From Gnetum montanum (Eukaryota > Plantae > Gnetophyta): a DNA stretch of 64,000 nt. Position 1 is the first letter of the stretch; each line of letters starts with the position of its first letter. The translations under genes and the position numbers were made by a program. Where the stretch lies: assembly GCA_015680685.1 (NCBI GenBank), contig MNCI01000651.1:372001-436000 (forward strand), read 5' to 3'. Below the pieces are notes generated by a model. That model did no database searches and was not told where the DNA came from. It saw only the letters and a program-made list of their open reading frames with translations. Of the stretch, positions 12,600 to 26,547 are shown piece by piece.

Positions 12600-13736
12600 C
12601 ACCTCATTTAGGTCACTCATCATAGGCTAGTACACAAATGGGTCTCCACCACTCATGCCCACTTGTTGCCCTTGCTTGCTCAAGAGCCATTTTTGAAACT
12701 CACATAACCATTGGGATGTTGCAATGATGTTCATCACTATTTTCTAAGTGGTAGGTGAAGGTGGTGGCTATTGCTCCTCTTCCTAGATTTTTGGTCTAGG
12801 AGTTTTTTCCTTCATCATCTCCACCCAATTAGTAGATGGAGCGCATCGAACAGCATCATTAGTGTAGCAAGCTATCCCTTCCCTTTGACATAGTTTTTTG
12901 ATGAGGCATGGGAAAGGGAGTGACTTTCTTCCTTGTTCATTCTCCTTGAACTATTTCTCTATCTCTAGATCGATTAGCTATGGAAGGTTAATTGGAAATA
13001 TTTCACTTAGAGCAACACACACATAAGCAGAAAAGGTAGTAATCTTGCTAAGTCTCACCATGGGATTTAGGTAAAAGGTTGCAATCTTGTAATGAATTCT
13101 TTCTACCAATGTGAGCATGTCATACTCATTATAGTCAACACCATAGCACTACTTAACCCATTTATTTTTTATGTTGAGATCCACTTTCATTGGAATCTTA
13201 ATGAGATTCATCCTAATTTCAAGCAACCCAAGTATCTCTATAATGGCCTGCATCAAGTAGGATAGTGAAATGTCCTTGATCTTGACTATTGAACTAGCAT
13301 ACCTATTATTCCAAAATAGGAATGTCTCTTCCATATACCACACATTGGAAGTGATAATTAGCTAAATGGAAGAGGCCTTTAGTTGGCCCTATACCTCTTT
13401 AGGTGTTTACTCCAAGAAAAATTCAAAGTTCAACGTTTAGAGCATTGTTTCCTAGAACTCCCTTGATCTAATTTAGTTTAGGTAGGCTTCTGTCAAGGTC
13501 ACCTCAAGGTTCACTTATTGGGCTAGTGCCTCATCCTAGTGGGAATGTTCTATTGCTACCACCTATTCTGGAATCTAATGAATAGACTCCACTTTGGCCT
13601 CTTCCCTAAGAGGTCTTCTAGCATGGGTTGTGATTGGTTCTTCCTAGGTTGGTTCTTGGTCCCTTCCCATTCTTGATTATTTTTCCCTTGGTTAAGACGA
13701 TCCTCCTTTCTTTCTGTGTTTTCCTTTTAGTGCCAC
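12600..13736 (-). pseudogene. Athila env-like ORF remnant, preceded by a splice-acceptor-like site
   Basis: Minus strand tgaccatag|GTGGCACTAAAAGGA (cf. MAPK- starts); later ERIHYKIATFYLNPMVRLSKIT and KSLPFPCLIKKLCQREG. Multiple stops. Confidence 0.65.
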
Positions 13737-15849
13737 CTATGGTCACAACACATTTATGGATTAATAAATATAATATGTAACTTAAAATATTTGGATACCT
13801 TATCTAATTAATTAGTTACACTTGGCTATGGTTGAACCATGGTAGATTGATTATTTTATTAATTTTTTATTATAAGTGACACTAGAGCTCATTGGAAGGG
13901 TTTAACTCTTATAATTTGGTGTTCTAATGTTGATTCCTTAGTTAAACCTTTGTGGGAGTTACAAAAATGCTAAAAACTTTTCTATCAAAAATGTCATAGT
14001 TGTGACCCCCACAACTAAGAGCTTATCTCTAGGAGCTATAAGGTTGAAGAATAGAGTGATTTGAACAAATGGTTAGGAAGTTATGGGCTCTAGAAGGTTT
14101 TTGGCTCTAAAAATTGCAAAAACTCCTTAGGCATTTGAGAGAAAATATGAGAATTTCTAAGGGGGTTGTGCATACATATAGTATTTTTGTGTTGCATTGA
14201 TGGGGCCATGTATATAGGGCCTTGTATATGCATGGGCCTCATTGATGGGACCTTGTTTATGGGGTCCATAAAAAAATTTTGAAATTTGAGTATTTCAAAA
14301 AATACAAGAAATTTTAAATACATTTGGGGTCTATGTAGTCTCAAGAAAGCCAAGAATATGATGAAATCATTGAAGAGGATCTTTGAAAGCTCCAAAATTT
14401 AAAAATTTGATAGAGAATGTGTGAATTAAAGAAAATACTTAAAGGAGCACATGATTGAATGCAGAAGATGGATGCACAAAAGATTTTGATTATAAAAATG
14501 CCTAAGGATGAGATGCTTAATGAACACAACCAAGAGATATGTAAGTGGGTCCTCCCCATAGTAGGCACATTTCCTATTTGTCCTTGCATAACCTCAAAAC
14601 AAGGAGTCTATGGATCCCATAGGTGATTAATGGCTTATGAAAGTTAAGGAACAAAACCTAGAAGACTCTACCAAAGAATTCAAGTACATCAAACAAAGAC
14701 ATTGAACAAGAACATGCACACCAATAGTAAGGTGAGTTATGGGCAACATGGATGGATGATGTAGAATGTGAAATGGAGTTCTAAATTGAGGTCATAAGAA
14801 GTCCCTTATCGATTTGTGATTAAATGACTTGAGAAGATTCATCCTTAGTCTAGACCAAAACCTACCACTTTTAGGAACTCTGCATCACCACTTGAAGACT
14901 GATCCACCCTCTTAAAATACAAGTGTACTCCCATAGAACAACCACCATTCCTTAAAGAGAATAAAAGAGAGGCATGAAGTGAGAGAGGGCCTTAGTTAGA
15001 GGGGACCTTTAGACATAGGTAACATGTCTTTCTAGTCCCATAACCAATTTTTGTAACTCATTTATTTGTCTAAGGGGCATGCTTTGAATTTCCATCCTAT
15101 ATTTTTTTTCTTTTATTTTGTTTGTCCGTTTAATTATTTTTCTTTCATTTTGGAATTTTTTGACAGGAACCACACCATGTAAAGACTTATTTAACTTCCT
15201 ATTATTGGTTGACATGGAATAGTCAGAAATCCATGAAAACACTTACGCACCCAAGTAAGTAGAAGAGTACAAAGAGTATTGAGTTTCCTTAAAGTCACAT
15301 CTTGTGCAAACCTTTGAATCCTTCCTAATTATAGAAACCACCAAGGTCACACATTTATTAAATGTTTATTTAATGTGAGGGACCTCATATTCTCAAAATG
15401 AGGAAAATAACATATTTTTATGGATGGGTGGATGTCATGGACTCACTAACTATTCCATGAAAAAGAAACCATGCCTTAACCATTGGTACAAAAATTGAAA
15501 AATAGAAACTAGACATTAGCAAACAAAAAAATTAATCACAAACCACCATTAGCAATAGCTATAGCACCACTATTTCCTATTTTCACAAAGCATGTTTATT
15601 AACAGAAATTAGAAAATTAGACTAAAATAGTGTAAAATATATAAGAAAGTATAAAATATTCAAGAAAGAATTTAAATGTAGTAACGATGGTGTAAAATAG
15701 GAAAAAGTTTTAAAATCAAAAAGGTGTAAAATAAATAATTTGCAAAAACAAAAATATATACAACAAAAAATAGAAACATTGAGGAGCCATGTATATGGTT
15801 AGCATGGATGGCCATCTCTTCCATGACTAAGTTGGAAGGAGGAGATCTA

Positions 15850-18800
15850 AAAAATTGAGCGTCGTTGCCCATCCGTTGAGGTATTTGTTGTACTGGCTCA
15901 CTTGGGCTCATGGAAAAGCTTTACATGTTGGATGTTGATCAACTACTTCTTATTTGGGCTTTCAAGTTTGTATATCATCATGGCCCTAGAAGAAAAGGTT
16001 TCATTGATTATATAAGGCCCCTTACACAATGTTTGAAATTTTGGTTTTGGAGGAACATGCATGGGGTTCTAATAGAGATCCTTATCTCCAGGTTGAAGTT
16101 TGAGCCTTTTGACTCTTAGGTCATGTCATTGTTTTTTGAAAGCCTTATGCACCTCATTCATGGGTAAGGCCACTAATTTATTTTCTTCTAGCACATTTAG
16201 GTTGATTAATCTTTCTTTTTGTACTAGGATAAAGTCACAGACTATTGAAAATGTATAGAGCTTGGATTGGAGAGGTAGAGTTGGTAATTTTCCATACACC
16301 AGCTCATATGGAAAGTAGCACGTACAAAGTTTTCATGTTGAGTAGTATCCCTAGAGGGCATCATTGAGTTTTATGCTCCAATCTCTCTTATATTTGTTAA
16401 TAGTTCTTCTTAAAATCTTTGTGATCTCCCTGTTAGTAACCTCTACTTAACTATTGGCTTGGGGATGGTAGGGTGTTGTTAATTTACGTTCAACCCCTAG
16501 GAATTACATAAGTTTTTGAAAAGTAGCACTTGTAAAATGGGTTCCATTTTTAGAAATCACTGTGTGTGGCATCCCAAACCTATTCACAACATTTTGTTAT
16601 AAAAACCATGTAGTAGTGGATGATGTACAGTCAATAATAGCTATTGCTTCTTCCCATTTGGTATAATAGTCAACGACTATGATAATATAGGCCTTTTCAT
16701 TGGAAATGAGTGTGATGAACCCATGAAATCTATGCTTCATATGTCAAAGGGTTCTAGTGGTTGAATCCAATATTGAGGACTCTTCATTCATGTAGTCATC
16801 CCACCATCTTGTTAACAACATTCATAGGATTAGACAAACTAGTAAGCATCCCTAAACATTGTGGACCAACAGCATCCTACCATCATGATTTTTATGGCCA
16901 TGTGTCTTCCTGTATAGTGGCCTTCACAAGGACCTTCATGAGAATCTTGGAGAACGTGCAATTGATCAACATTAGGAACATACCAATGAACTAGACCATT
17001 GATGCACACCTTGTAAAGGTGGTTTTTGATTTCCATGAAGTGTTTGGCTTGATAAAGAAACTATTGTTTCTTCCTGTAGTTTGAACCTTGTGGCATCTCT
17101 TGAGTGAGAAGATAAGTGAGGATGACATCATACCCTTTAGATTTTGTGGGCATATGTTCATTAATTGCACCAACAAAGAGGACTTCATCTAGGAATTGAT
17201 CAAAAAGTGGGCTCTCCTCATCTTTGTCATCCCATCATAACTGAGAGAGATGGTCAATGATCACATGAGATCAAATTCTTGCAAGATCACCAAGCATCAT
17301 ATGACACAATGGCTTATCATTGACTTATTCTTGAGGAAGTGAATGGAACTATGATTAGTGTGCATAAACACTTTATATCCAAGCACATAGTGCCTAAACC
17401 ATTTCATAGCATACACCATCATCATTAGTTCTTTCTCCATTGTGGTGTAACTCAATTGTGCACCTCCAATGCTTCAACTTATGTAGTGGATGTAATATGA
17501 ACGTTTCTCATCATCCAACTACATAAATACAACTCCCAAGGCATAATTTGATATATCTATCATGATATGAAATGGTTTAGACTAGTCAGGTACTTGTAGA
17601 ATTAGAGACTTTATGAGCTTTTACTTAAGGCTTTGGAATGCTTTTTTTCATTCCTTGGTCTAGATGAATAAAGCAACTTTCTTTGTTAGCTCGACCAATG
17701 ATTTTGTGATCTTAAAGAAATTCTCTATGAATCACCAGTAGTAGCCAGTGTGTCAAAGGAATGATCAAACATCTTTAACAGTTTCCAATTGATAAGTTAT
17801 TCCATAGATGACCCTTATCTTTTCAAGGTTCATCTCAATCCCTGCTTGTAAAATTCTATGCCCAAGTACAATGCCTTTTTAGACCATTAGATGGCTCTTC
17901 TACCAATTAAGTTGTAGGTTTATTTCCATACATCTTTTGAGTACTTGCTCAAGACATTCTAAGGCTTACTCAAATGTAGCACCGTAAGTGGATAAGTCAT
18001 CCATGAAGACTTCCATCCCACTACCTATTTTCTACTGAAAGATACTTAAGATTAGGCATTGGAAAGTGGTAGGAGCATTGCATAGACCAAAAGGCATCTT
18101 GCAATATGCAAAGGTCCCCCCAAGGACTTGTAAATGTTGTTTTAACTTGATCTTCTAGTGCAATCTAGATTTCGTTATAGCCACTATAACCATCTAGAAA
18201 ACTATAATAGCAATGCCCAAATATGGCATCCAACACTTGATCAATGAATGAAAATGGAAAATGATCTTTGAAGGTTGCCATGTTTAATAGCTTGAAGTCA
18301 ATGCAAACAAACCATTTGTGACTTTTCTTTGTTACTATGACAAGTGAACTAATCCACTTGCTATCTACAATGGGGTAGATAAACCCTACCTTAAGGAGTT
18401 GCTCAATCTCCTCTTTGACGATTTGCTTCAATTTTGGGTTTAACTGTCATTGTGGTTGGCTCCTTGACTTCATGGATGGATCAATATAAATGTGGTGTTG
18501 GCATATTCATGGATCAATTTTAGTGATTTTAGGATATGACCAAGCAAAGGTTGTTGGCCATTTTTTATCCACTTTCAACAATTTTTCTTTTGGCTTGGAA
18601 GAAAGTTTGACATTAAGTATAACTAGCTTACCATGTTTTAAGAATGCATATTCTAGGCTGGTAGGTAGAGTTTTCAATTCTAAGGGCTCTTGTTTAAAAT
18701 TCTTAGGGACCTCCAACTATTCCGCATTAGTATCATCATTTTCATCATCAGAGAGTTGGTGATGAACTTGTTCTAGTTCATCCATGCTTATAACATACGT

Positions 18801-19480
18801 GCATGTTAGGCTCTTAATAGGTTCCATGCACATTATGCTACTTTCAAGATTAGTGGTTAGCGATTGGATACCCTCTTGTTTTATGGCTACTATGTATAGA
18901 CACCTTTGAATATCTGCTTCATGTGCACACTACCTACATGCGGAAATAGTTGTTCATTTCATGGACTAGAGTTTCTACACATAATTACACCTTGTATCGT
19001 TATACGTGATGCATGGTACTAACTTTTTCTCAATCTTTCCAAATGCATTTTCCTTAGATATTTCCAAGGAAAGATCTTTGATGCCCATTCTCACATAATA
19101 GTGCTTAGCCACATCCTTCCCATAATGATTTGGAAGTCCCACTTATAGTTCTCAACCTTGATTACTATGAAATCAGCATGATAAGACCACCCTTAGACAA
19201 TGGTCATAATGTCTTCTACTAGTCCCAATGAAACAGTAATGGACTAGTCTACTAGTTCAAATCAAATATTGCTCTTCTTGAGAGGCAATAGGTTCTAGGA
19301 AGTATATATCTCATGAGAAATTAAGTTAACAATAGAACTTGAATTAATAAGATATTTACATAGTTCATTCCTAGCAATCTATAAATAGATAAGAGGATTC
19401 CTAGGATTAGCTAATTTCCTAGGAAGCATCCAATCATATACAACATGAGTAAGCATAATAGTATGGATTTTGGATGGTAT
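15850..19480 (-). pseudogene. pol: Athila pol: protease, RT, RNase H, integrase
   Basis: KLANPRNP...INSSSIVNLI (PR); LELKTLPTSLEYAFL; FKDHFPFSFIDQVLD...YSFLDGYSGYNEI and EVFMDDLS (RT); HEGPCEGHY and TPYHPQAN (INT). Confidence 0.92.
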
Positions 19481-19599
19481 TTAGTTTAAAAGATTCTTCA
19501 TGGAATGGTTTGTGAAGAATGAGGAAGAAGCATAATGACCAACTACCTGAGTCTATGAGGGCTTAATAGGGCTATTAGATCAGAAAAATGCTTTTTTGC

Positions 19600-21550
19600 A
19601 AGCATGAGGTTCCAAACCACTCAGTTGATTAACTAGTTTTAGATTGATAATGTTGGTAACATTGCATTACTATGACTAGGCTGGAAGTTCACCTTGCATG
19701 AATTGAGTAGGTGGTAGCTGTGTTGAGGTGGAGGAATAAGTGCAAGAACAAGAGGAGGATAAGGATGGAATGTGGTATCCCTCTTGGAATGTGGAGAATG
19801 AGTTCTATAGTATTTATAAGGATAGTAGTGATGTTGGAAGGAATAAATGTGATTGGAAGATTCATGTGGAGATAGAGGTTGCTGAACATAACCCATATGG
19901 ATTTGATTGTCTATAAGGATACTACTACCTTGGCAATGGTAGTGCCTATGATTGTGGTTGCTACCACTATTGATACTACTTATATGGTTGTGGTGGAGTT
20001 CCACTTGGATAATCTTGTTGTTGCTAATGGATCTACCTGGGATTGCCTTCAGGATAAGGTAATCTTTTAGGTGTTTATCTTTTTTCTAATCATGAATTTA
20101 GAGCATACACTCTAAACTCCTATAAGTGTGACATAATGGATCAACATCCCTTAGAATGTTCATATTAGCAGATGTCACACCCACCATCATCACCTAATTT
20201 AGTTTCTACAATTTCCTTTATGGAAACAATCTTGTCCTTACCCCTTTGATTGGCACATTTAGCTTTCTTTCGCCTCATGCAATCATAATCACTACTTTGT
20301 TCTTTGGACTCTTCAACAATTTTTAGACTAGCTTGAAATTTTCTATCCATAGAGTCCCATAACTAATTTACCTTAGTCAAAATTTTCGAGGTAAATTTTT
20401 GAATCAACAAGATTTTCTAATTCACCACCTCATCAAGTACTGATTCCTCTTCACTGTCACAAAAGTGGACCTTCCTCCTATGAATGGAAGAATTTTGGTT
20501 GTATTTTCCTACACTTTCACATTTCCCCAACTCTCCTTCTTCTTTAGCTACCTTCTCAATCAACCTTTGGATTTGATGGGCTCTTAACTCTGATAGTCTT
20601 TCTTGGGCATAGATCCAAAGAGTTCTCCTCATTTTAGAGCAAAGCCCATCTATGATATGGTGAAGTTGTTCCTACTAAGAGTAACTATGGCTAGGACATT
20701 GGTTTAATAAGAAATAATATCTACCCATGATGGCATCCAAGGACTCATGTATTCTTTGGTTCCAACCCTAGATCTACCTTCTTAGATTGAAAATTTGGGA
20801 GTACATTTGATACTTGTCATTGAATAGTTTGAGCATCGTACTCCATCTAGAAATTGATTTTAGTTCTAAGGACTACTACCAGCTTTTTGCTTCTTTGATG
20901 AGTGTCCTAGGAAATAGCTTAAGATTTTGCCAATCATTTTCTATGTTTTGTAGGGCATAGGAATCATGAAAATCTTGAAGATGGTTTTGTTGATTAGAGT
21001 TATATCCCCCCTAAAATCTGGGAATGTTCATATTTAATCACTTGATCCTACCATCTTTCACGTGCCTTGTCGGAATTCTCACTACCTCTGCAATCTTTAG
21101 CATGTTTCAAGTGATGAGAAAAGGTTCACTGTAGCCATGACCCTAGTGCGTATAATTCCTTATACTATCCCTTCATTCATGATGATGGGCCTCTCTTGAA
21201 TACCCATGCCCTAAATCTTGACTTGCCCGATGGTCCCAATGATCATCTTAGTCCTATTAGTCACCGCCATCATGATTTCATCCCCTGAAGTTGTAGTTGG
21301 AGATAGAAGAGGAAGAAGATGATGATGAAGGTGAAGAGGAAGAAGGACTAGCACCATCACAATTCTTGCCACCCCCTCTTTGATGGTCATGGCCATGATC
21401 CCAATTATGTTTCTTACTCACATCCCTACCATGACTCTCCTCCTTGGATCCCCCTTTGTCATGAGGTCCATTCTTGCCAGAACCAAGATTATGTATTATG
21501 GACTACAAGTTCTAGTTTTGACCTCCTTCACTAAATTTAAAGAAAGAAGT
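19600..21550 (-). pseudogene. gag: Athila gag with Ser/His/Arg-rich N-terminal extension
   Basis: NIPRF*GGYNSNQQNHLQDF...KLFPRTLIKEAK.W; LHHIIDGLCSKMRRTL...LIEKVA. Confidence 0.8.
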
Positions 21551-22127
21551 CTCTCTATATGAAAAACACCTAGAGAATGATTCTCCATCATCTTTTTGAT
21601 ACATCAAGAATGGGGAATCATTGGACCACTTTCCCTATGCAAACTCATAACATTGCTCTAGCTATTGATCCCCCAAACATTGTGCATCGATGGCATGATA
21701 ATCCCTAGTATCACTATCCTGCATAACATATTCATCATGAAGCCCTTGGATGCCCAACCGCATAAGATTTTGATGGAGCATTGCAAGAATGGATCAATTA
21801 TGCGATAGCACAATGTTTCCCTCCATGTCTCGCCACTATAGTTATTCATCCTAGTGTAGCACAAAGGTGAAATTGGGTACATGCTAATCAAGATGAGCAT
21901 ATATCACTCTATATTTCTAGGGCACCTATTGATTTACTCCATCAAAATTGGGTAGAGAATCACTTCTATGAGAAGAAGACATCTTGGATTAAAAGATAAA
22001 AAAATATAGTATACTTTCTTATAATTGTTGTAGTTACTTTGATGTATGATATGACTTTAGGGTTCATTCCAATGATGTTAAATAATTTTTCACTAAATCC
22101 TAGATAGTGCATGGAACAAACTAAAGG

Positions 22128-22146
22128 TTCCCCAAGAATGGTGCCA
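22128..22146 (-). promoter_or_regulatory. PBS, tRNA-Asp type (Athila)
   Basis: Minus strand TGGCACCATTCTTGGGGAA, a decayed TGGCGCCGTTGCCGGGGA, adjacent to the LTR terminus. Confidence 0.8.
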
Positions 22147-22147
22147 A

Positions 22148-23203
22148 TGATGAGCAATGAGTATACCCTATGCCCAATCATATGAATTACAAGCACTCAT
22201 GTATAATTCAGTCAAATGCCATAGAATTTAAGTTCCTAAGTACACTAGTTCTAGAAAATGAAATCTAATCATGATGATCATTGTCTTCCCAACTACACTT
22301 GTGAAGCTTAGTTGTATGGTTAAGTGTAATTGGGGCACATGATTTTTATTATTTTATATTTTATTCACCTACAATTGATAACAAGTTGAAACTCAATTTA
22401 TTAACCAATTTAACTGATTTGATTGCTAATTTGTAGTTAACTATCCTAACATAAGCATTTGGTTTCACTTTTTGTACACATCTTGAACACATATAACATT
22501 GTTGGGTTACCAAGTGTCTAAGTGTTAAGCACTGTTGGGATTGCCAAGTGTTGTATGTTATGCTCAAAGTGGTCATACCTATGTGTTTAATCTATTTAGC
22601 TTAATTAGATAATTAATTAAAGTCTTACTTATCTTAATTAATTGCGTAATTAATGAAAATGGCCAATGCAAAAATAAATCATTAATCTATTCCAAGTACT
22701 ACAAGGTTTAATCAAAATGCTCATCTTTATTGTTATTCACACTAGTATGCTCAGGTACATTAGTGCTCATACTTTTTGACTCCTACTACGACACTCAAAA
22801 AAAATATTCTAACTTCAAATGACAAAAGTACAAGAGCTCTACTACAACTATGACAAAACTTTTATAAACATGATGGGTGAGTGCATATTTATAGACTTTA
22901 TTATGAAGCTATGTTGATGGGGCCTCATAGACACAACAAACACTACGTTGACATGGCCCTATCACGAAGGCAACACCACATAGATAGGGCCATGTTCATG
23001 GAGGCCCATTGATGAGGCCACACCAATGGGGGCATATCAATGTGACTCTTTGATGCTTCATCAATTGATGCCTTAGCTAATGTTAATCAATATTGGAAGG
23101 ATATGGAATAGATGTCATCATTCACACGAAGCTAAAAGTATCATTCAAAGTTGAGTTTATGTGATGTCACTTGCAAGTGATTTTGACATTGATATTAGCA
23201 TCT
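22148..23203 (-). repeat. 5' LTR of Athila copy 1 (far boundary approximate)
   Basis: Begins tgatgagcaatgagtatacccta, homologous to the LTRs at 33659 and 39804; TATA-like minus-strand ctataaat near 22890. Confidence 0.75.
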
Positions 23204-23699
23204 CCTAAACATCTCCTAGGAAAAACATGTTGATTTAAGCCTTCTAAAACCTCTAAAAGTATTGAAACTAATATTCATCTTTCCAAGGATGATGTTGACT
23301 TATCATTGGAGGTTTAATGAGGTTAAAAATATGGTTGAAAGATGTGTTTTTGGTGCTAAGAATTTAGCTAACATTGGCAACATTAGAGTCACCTTTGTAT
23401 CATGTCAAAATAACATCTCATTTTTGGCCTTCACAACCTCTTGAAAGTGTGAAAATTAATGTCTTTCCTCTAGGTCATGATTAGGATCAATTGTCATAGG
23501 CCTATTGAGGCCAAAAATATTGTTGAAGAAGGTGTTCTTGAGGGATTTTTATATGCCAAGGAGATTTAACAATATCAATCCTACACCTATCTAATTGTTG
23601 AAGCATTGAATAGGTGGGTACAACATCCACATCATAGAAAAGAAGAGAAAAAAAAACATGGTTTACCAAAAATATCATTATTGTACTAAAATATCATCC

Positions 23700-24300
23700 A
23701 TGTTCAAAAATACTTAAAAAAAATAAAGTTTATTGGATCAAACCTATTAAGTGAATCAAATTTTTCATGGTTATTATTCCACACAATATCCTTTAAAAAA
23801 CTCCTGCAAACATGAGATCCTTCCACATATTCTTTGGTATATAGTGGAAAGTTTATTGATGTTTCTACTCATAAATTGGTAAAAATTTTTCTTTTTCTAG
23901 TGGATTGTATGATATTTTCTATTTAAGTCCACACTCTAAAAAATTTAGAAATCTCAATGCAAATGAGCTTCAAGAGATGCTACTTCTAGTGACAAATATA
24001 AAATATCTAGAGAAGCTTAAAGGTGTTCAAATCATTGAGTTAGTGAATAATGTAATGAAAAATTTAGTTGTTGTTGTGGTTTTACATCTACTTTCTCATA
24101 GGGTCTATGACATCCATACTTGTTTAGTTTATTATCTTTATCATATTCGAGAGAGTAATAGGCTAAAGTGGATTATCTTCATGAGTGAAAAGTTATGTAA
24201 TGAGCCAAACCCCTTGGTGCACATGAAAAAAACTTATTTGTGTCTTCATCACACACTATCTTTTTTTGTTCATTATCTATGTTATGTATAAGTTTGTCAT
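23700..24300 (+). pseudogene. Degenerate ORF remnant of unidentified transposon origin
   Basis: 128-aa ORF (23905-24291) with protein-like composition (LHLLSHRVY...LKWIIFMSEKL). Not confidently assigned. Confidence 0.3.
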
Positions 24301-25024
24301 TTCTTCAAATATTAAAGATCTAAAATAGATAGATTACTATATCTCTAATGAGAACTTATAAAGGTATCATGAGGTGACTGCCCAAGCTATTATGAAAAGA
24401 TGGGAAAGACATATTACATGATAAATGCTTAAATAACTTCGTAATATAAACTTGGTTAATGAAAATAAGATGATAATTATATAACCTATATTTTGACATT
24501 TTTTAATTTTTAATTAATTGAATAATTATTCTCTATAAGAGATTCTTAATAGGAAGCTTCATCATGAAGTAACAACTATGAAAACTACTAGTGTTTTTAG
24601 TGTGGACCTATTCTCTAAAAAGCTATACTAAAAAAGAAAAAATACATGAATCATTCGCAAACAATTTGAAGGAAGCATTCTTTAGTTTGAGCTCCAAGAA
24701 GAATGAGCAATCAAGCTTCAAGTCCACCATCAAAATCCCTATAGGTAGGAGGATTCAAATTATACAGATTACATAGAATTGGAAGCTAGCATGATCACCT
24801 CAGAAGATATAGTCAAAAGAGAGAAAAAGGAGACTTTCTCCATCATAGATATAGCTAGGACAAAGTACAAGGAGATGTCCACTTGAATCAATAAAGCGTA
24901 GGAAAAGGTGGTACTGAATCATGAACTAGACAATACACTCTAGGTCAACATGGATGATGAAAAAAATAACAATGCACTATTATTTCTATTATCAATTCAA
25001 ATAAATCAAGGATAATTAGGTAAG

Positions 25025-26547
25025 TATTTTTGACCATTTGGGATGTAATTGCCAATGTTTGGATGCCTCACGGTATTATGACCTTGGGAGGCATGGGATC
25101 AAAAGTGTTCTTCAAACAAGATTTAGGTGTTTGTTGGTCTCTGACAACACCAAGGCCAAGATATCTCCAAATAGACTCAGTAGTTATAAAATATACTAAA
25201 CATGAGTATTTGTTTGCTATTGCAAATGTTGAAATGATTGGGTTATGTATGAAATTGTAATCGGTTTTCATAGAAGAGATTTAGCTAACTTTGTCAAATA
25301 TTATGAGTTGTTGGAGATTCCTATTTTGTTAAATCACTTAAACTATACGGTCCCTATAATAGCTACTTGTAACAAATAAAATTTTATAAAAACATTTGAG
25401 CACAATTTTGTCAATATACTCCTAATTTTCCCTAGAGAAAAAGTTCTACAAGAAAACTAGAAATAGAGCAAGATTCAGTTGACTTAGAAAGAGAAAGAAA
25501 AGAAAGTAGATTTGTGTGAAACCTCAAATATTTAAACAAGATAAATTGATATGAGTAAACACTTCACATTAAAGCTATTCCTAATTCAATAACTATGAAT
25601 TGTCCAAACTTTCTGAGCTCAACAAGCAATTTCATAAAAGACGATCTTATTATACTACCAAAAATCACTATGTAAACTACAAAGTACAAGTCTCTATTCT
25701 GGCTAGTTAATAGTTTTTAAAGATTGCATTCAATAGAGCTTTCAAAAAAATTGACAATTGCTTAATTGAAATACCAAGGCAATACACTTTAAAAATAAAG
25801 AAGCTATTTTAGTCCTATCAAAATACCAAAAATTTTCTTAGATTCTCTACGTTCAAAATAGACAATTTTGTTAAAACATTCTTATTAAATTAATGTTGAG
25901 GCTTTTCAACAACATAAGCTCTTCTATAACAAATCTTAATAGGAGTCTAATATTACACAAAAACAGAGTTATAAAATTAACCTAAAAAAATCTCAAAATT
26001 AAATGCCAAGCACAAGACTATCTAAACTATTAGCTAAGCAACTAAAACAAAATAAAAAGAAATGAACTCACAAGATTAGAACAAATTAGTTGAAATGATA
26101 AATTAGCAAGCTATCTTACAAACTTTAATATCTTCTTCTTGATGTCCCAACCTCCTCCTTAAAATCCTTTCCTAAAGCCCTTTTTATAATGGCTTTTGGG
26201 TGGTTACAACCATCATGAGAAGGTGAGGTAAGTTACAAATATTATAAGGGTTGGTTGTAATTACCATAGAGAAAATATGTATAGTTGTCAAATGTCCCAT
26301 TTGGTGGTTACAACATCATGGAAAATTAAAATTCGATTGTAGGAAGTTAAAACCATCATAGGGGAAGTTATAACCACCATGTTGTTAAAATTGAAAGTTA
26401 TAACCACCATATTGTTAAAATTGACAAGTGTTCAATTCATATGAAGCATTAAACAATTGTTCCATAAATTCCTTTTCTACTTAAATAATAATAATATCTC
26501 TTTTCTTTTTTTAACAACTCATATTCCATTAAATCCAAGCTCTAACA
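25025..26547 (-). repeat. Solo-LTR-like repeat A (~1.5 kb), inverted homologue of 42478-44008
   Basis: 25100-25190 matches the reverse complement of 43890-43975, and homology continues to about 26170/42760. Termini ta...ca. No PBS, PPT or TSD found. Contains a 30-bp tandem duplication at 26367-26426. Confidence 0.75.

Larger units (their letters stand above)
12570..23203 (-). mobile_element. Athila-like Ty3/gypsy element copy 1 (5' LTR, PBS, gag, pol, env-like; 3' LTR not found; ends approximate)
   Basis: tRNA-Asp-type PBS, gag-PR-RT-RH-INT on the minus strand, and a long 3' non-coding region with an env-like ORF. Confidence 0.85.
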
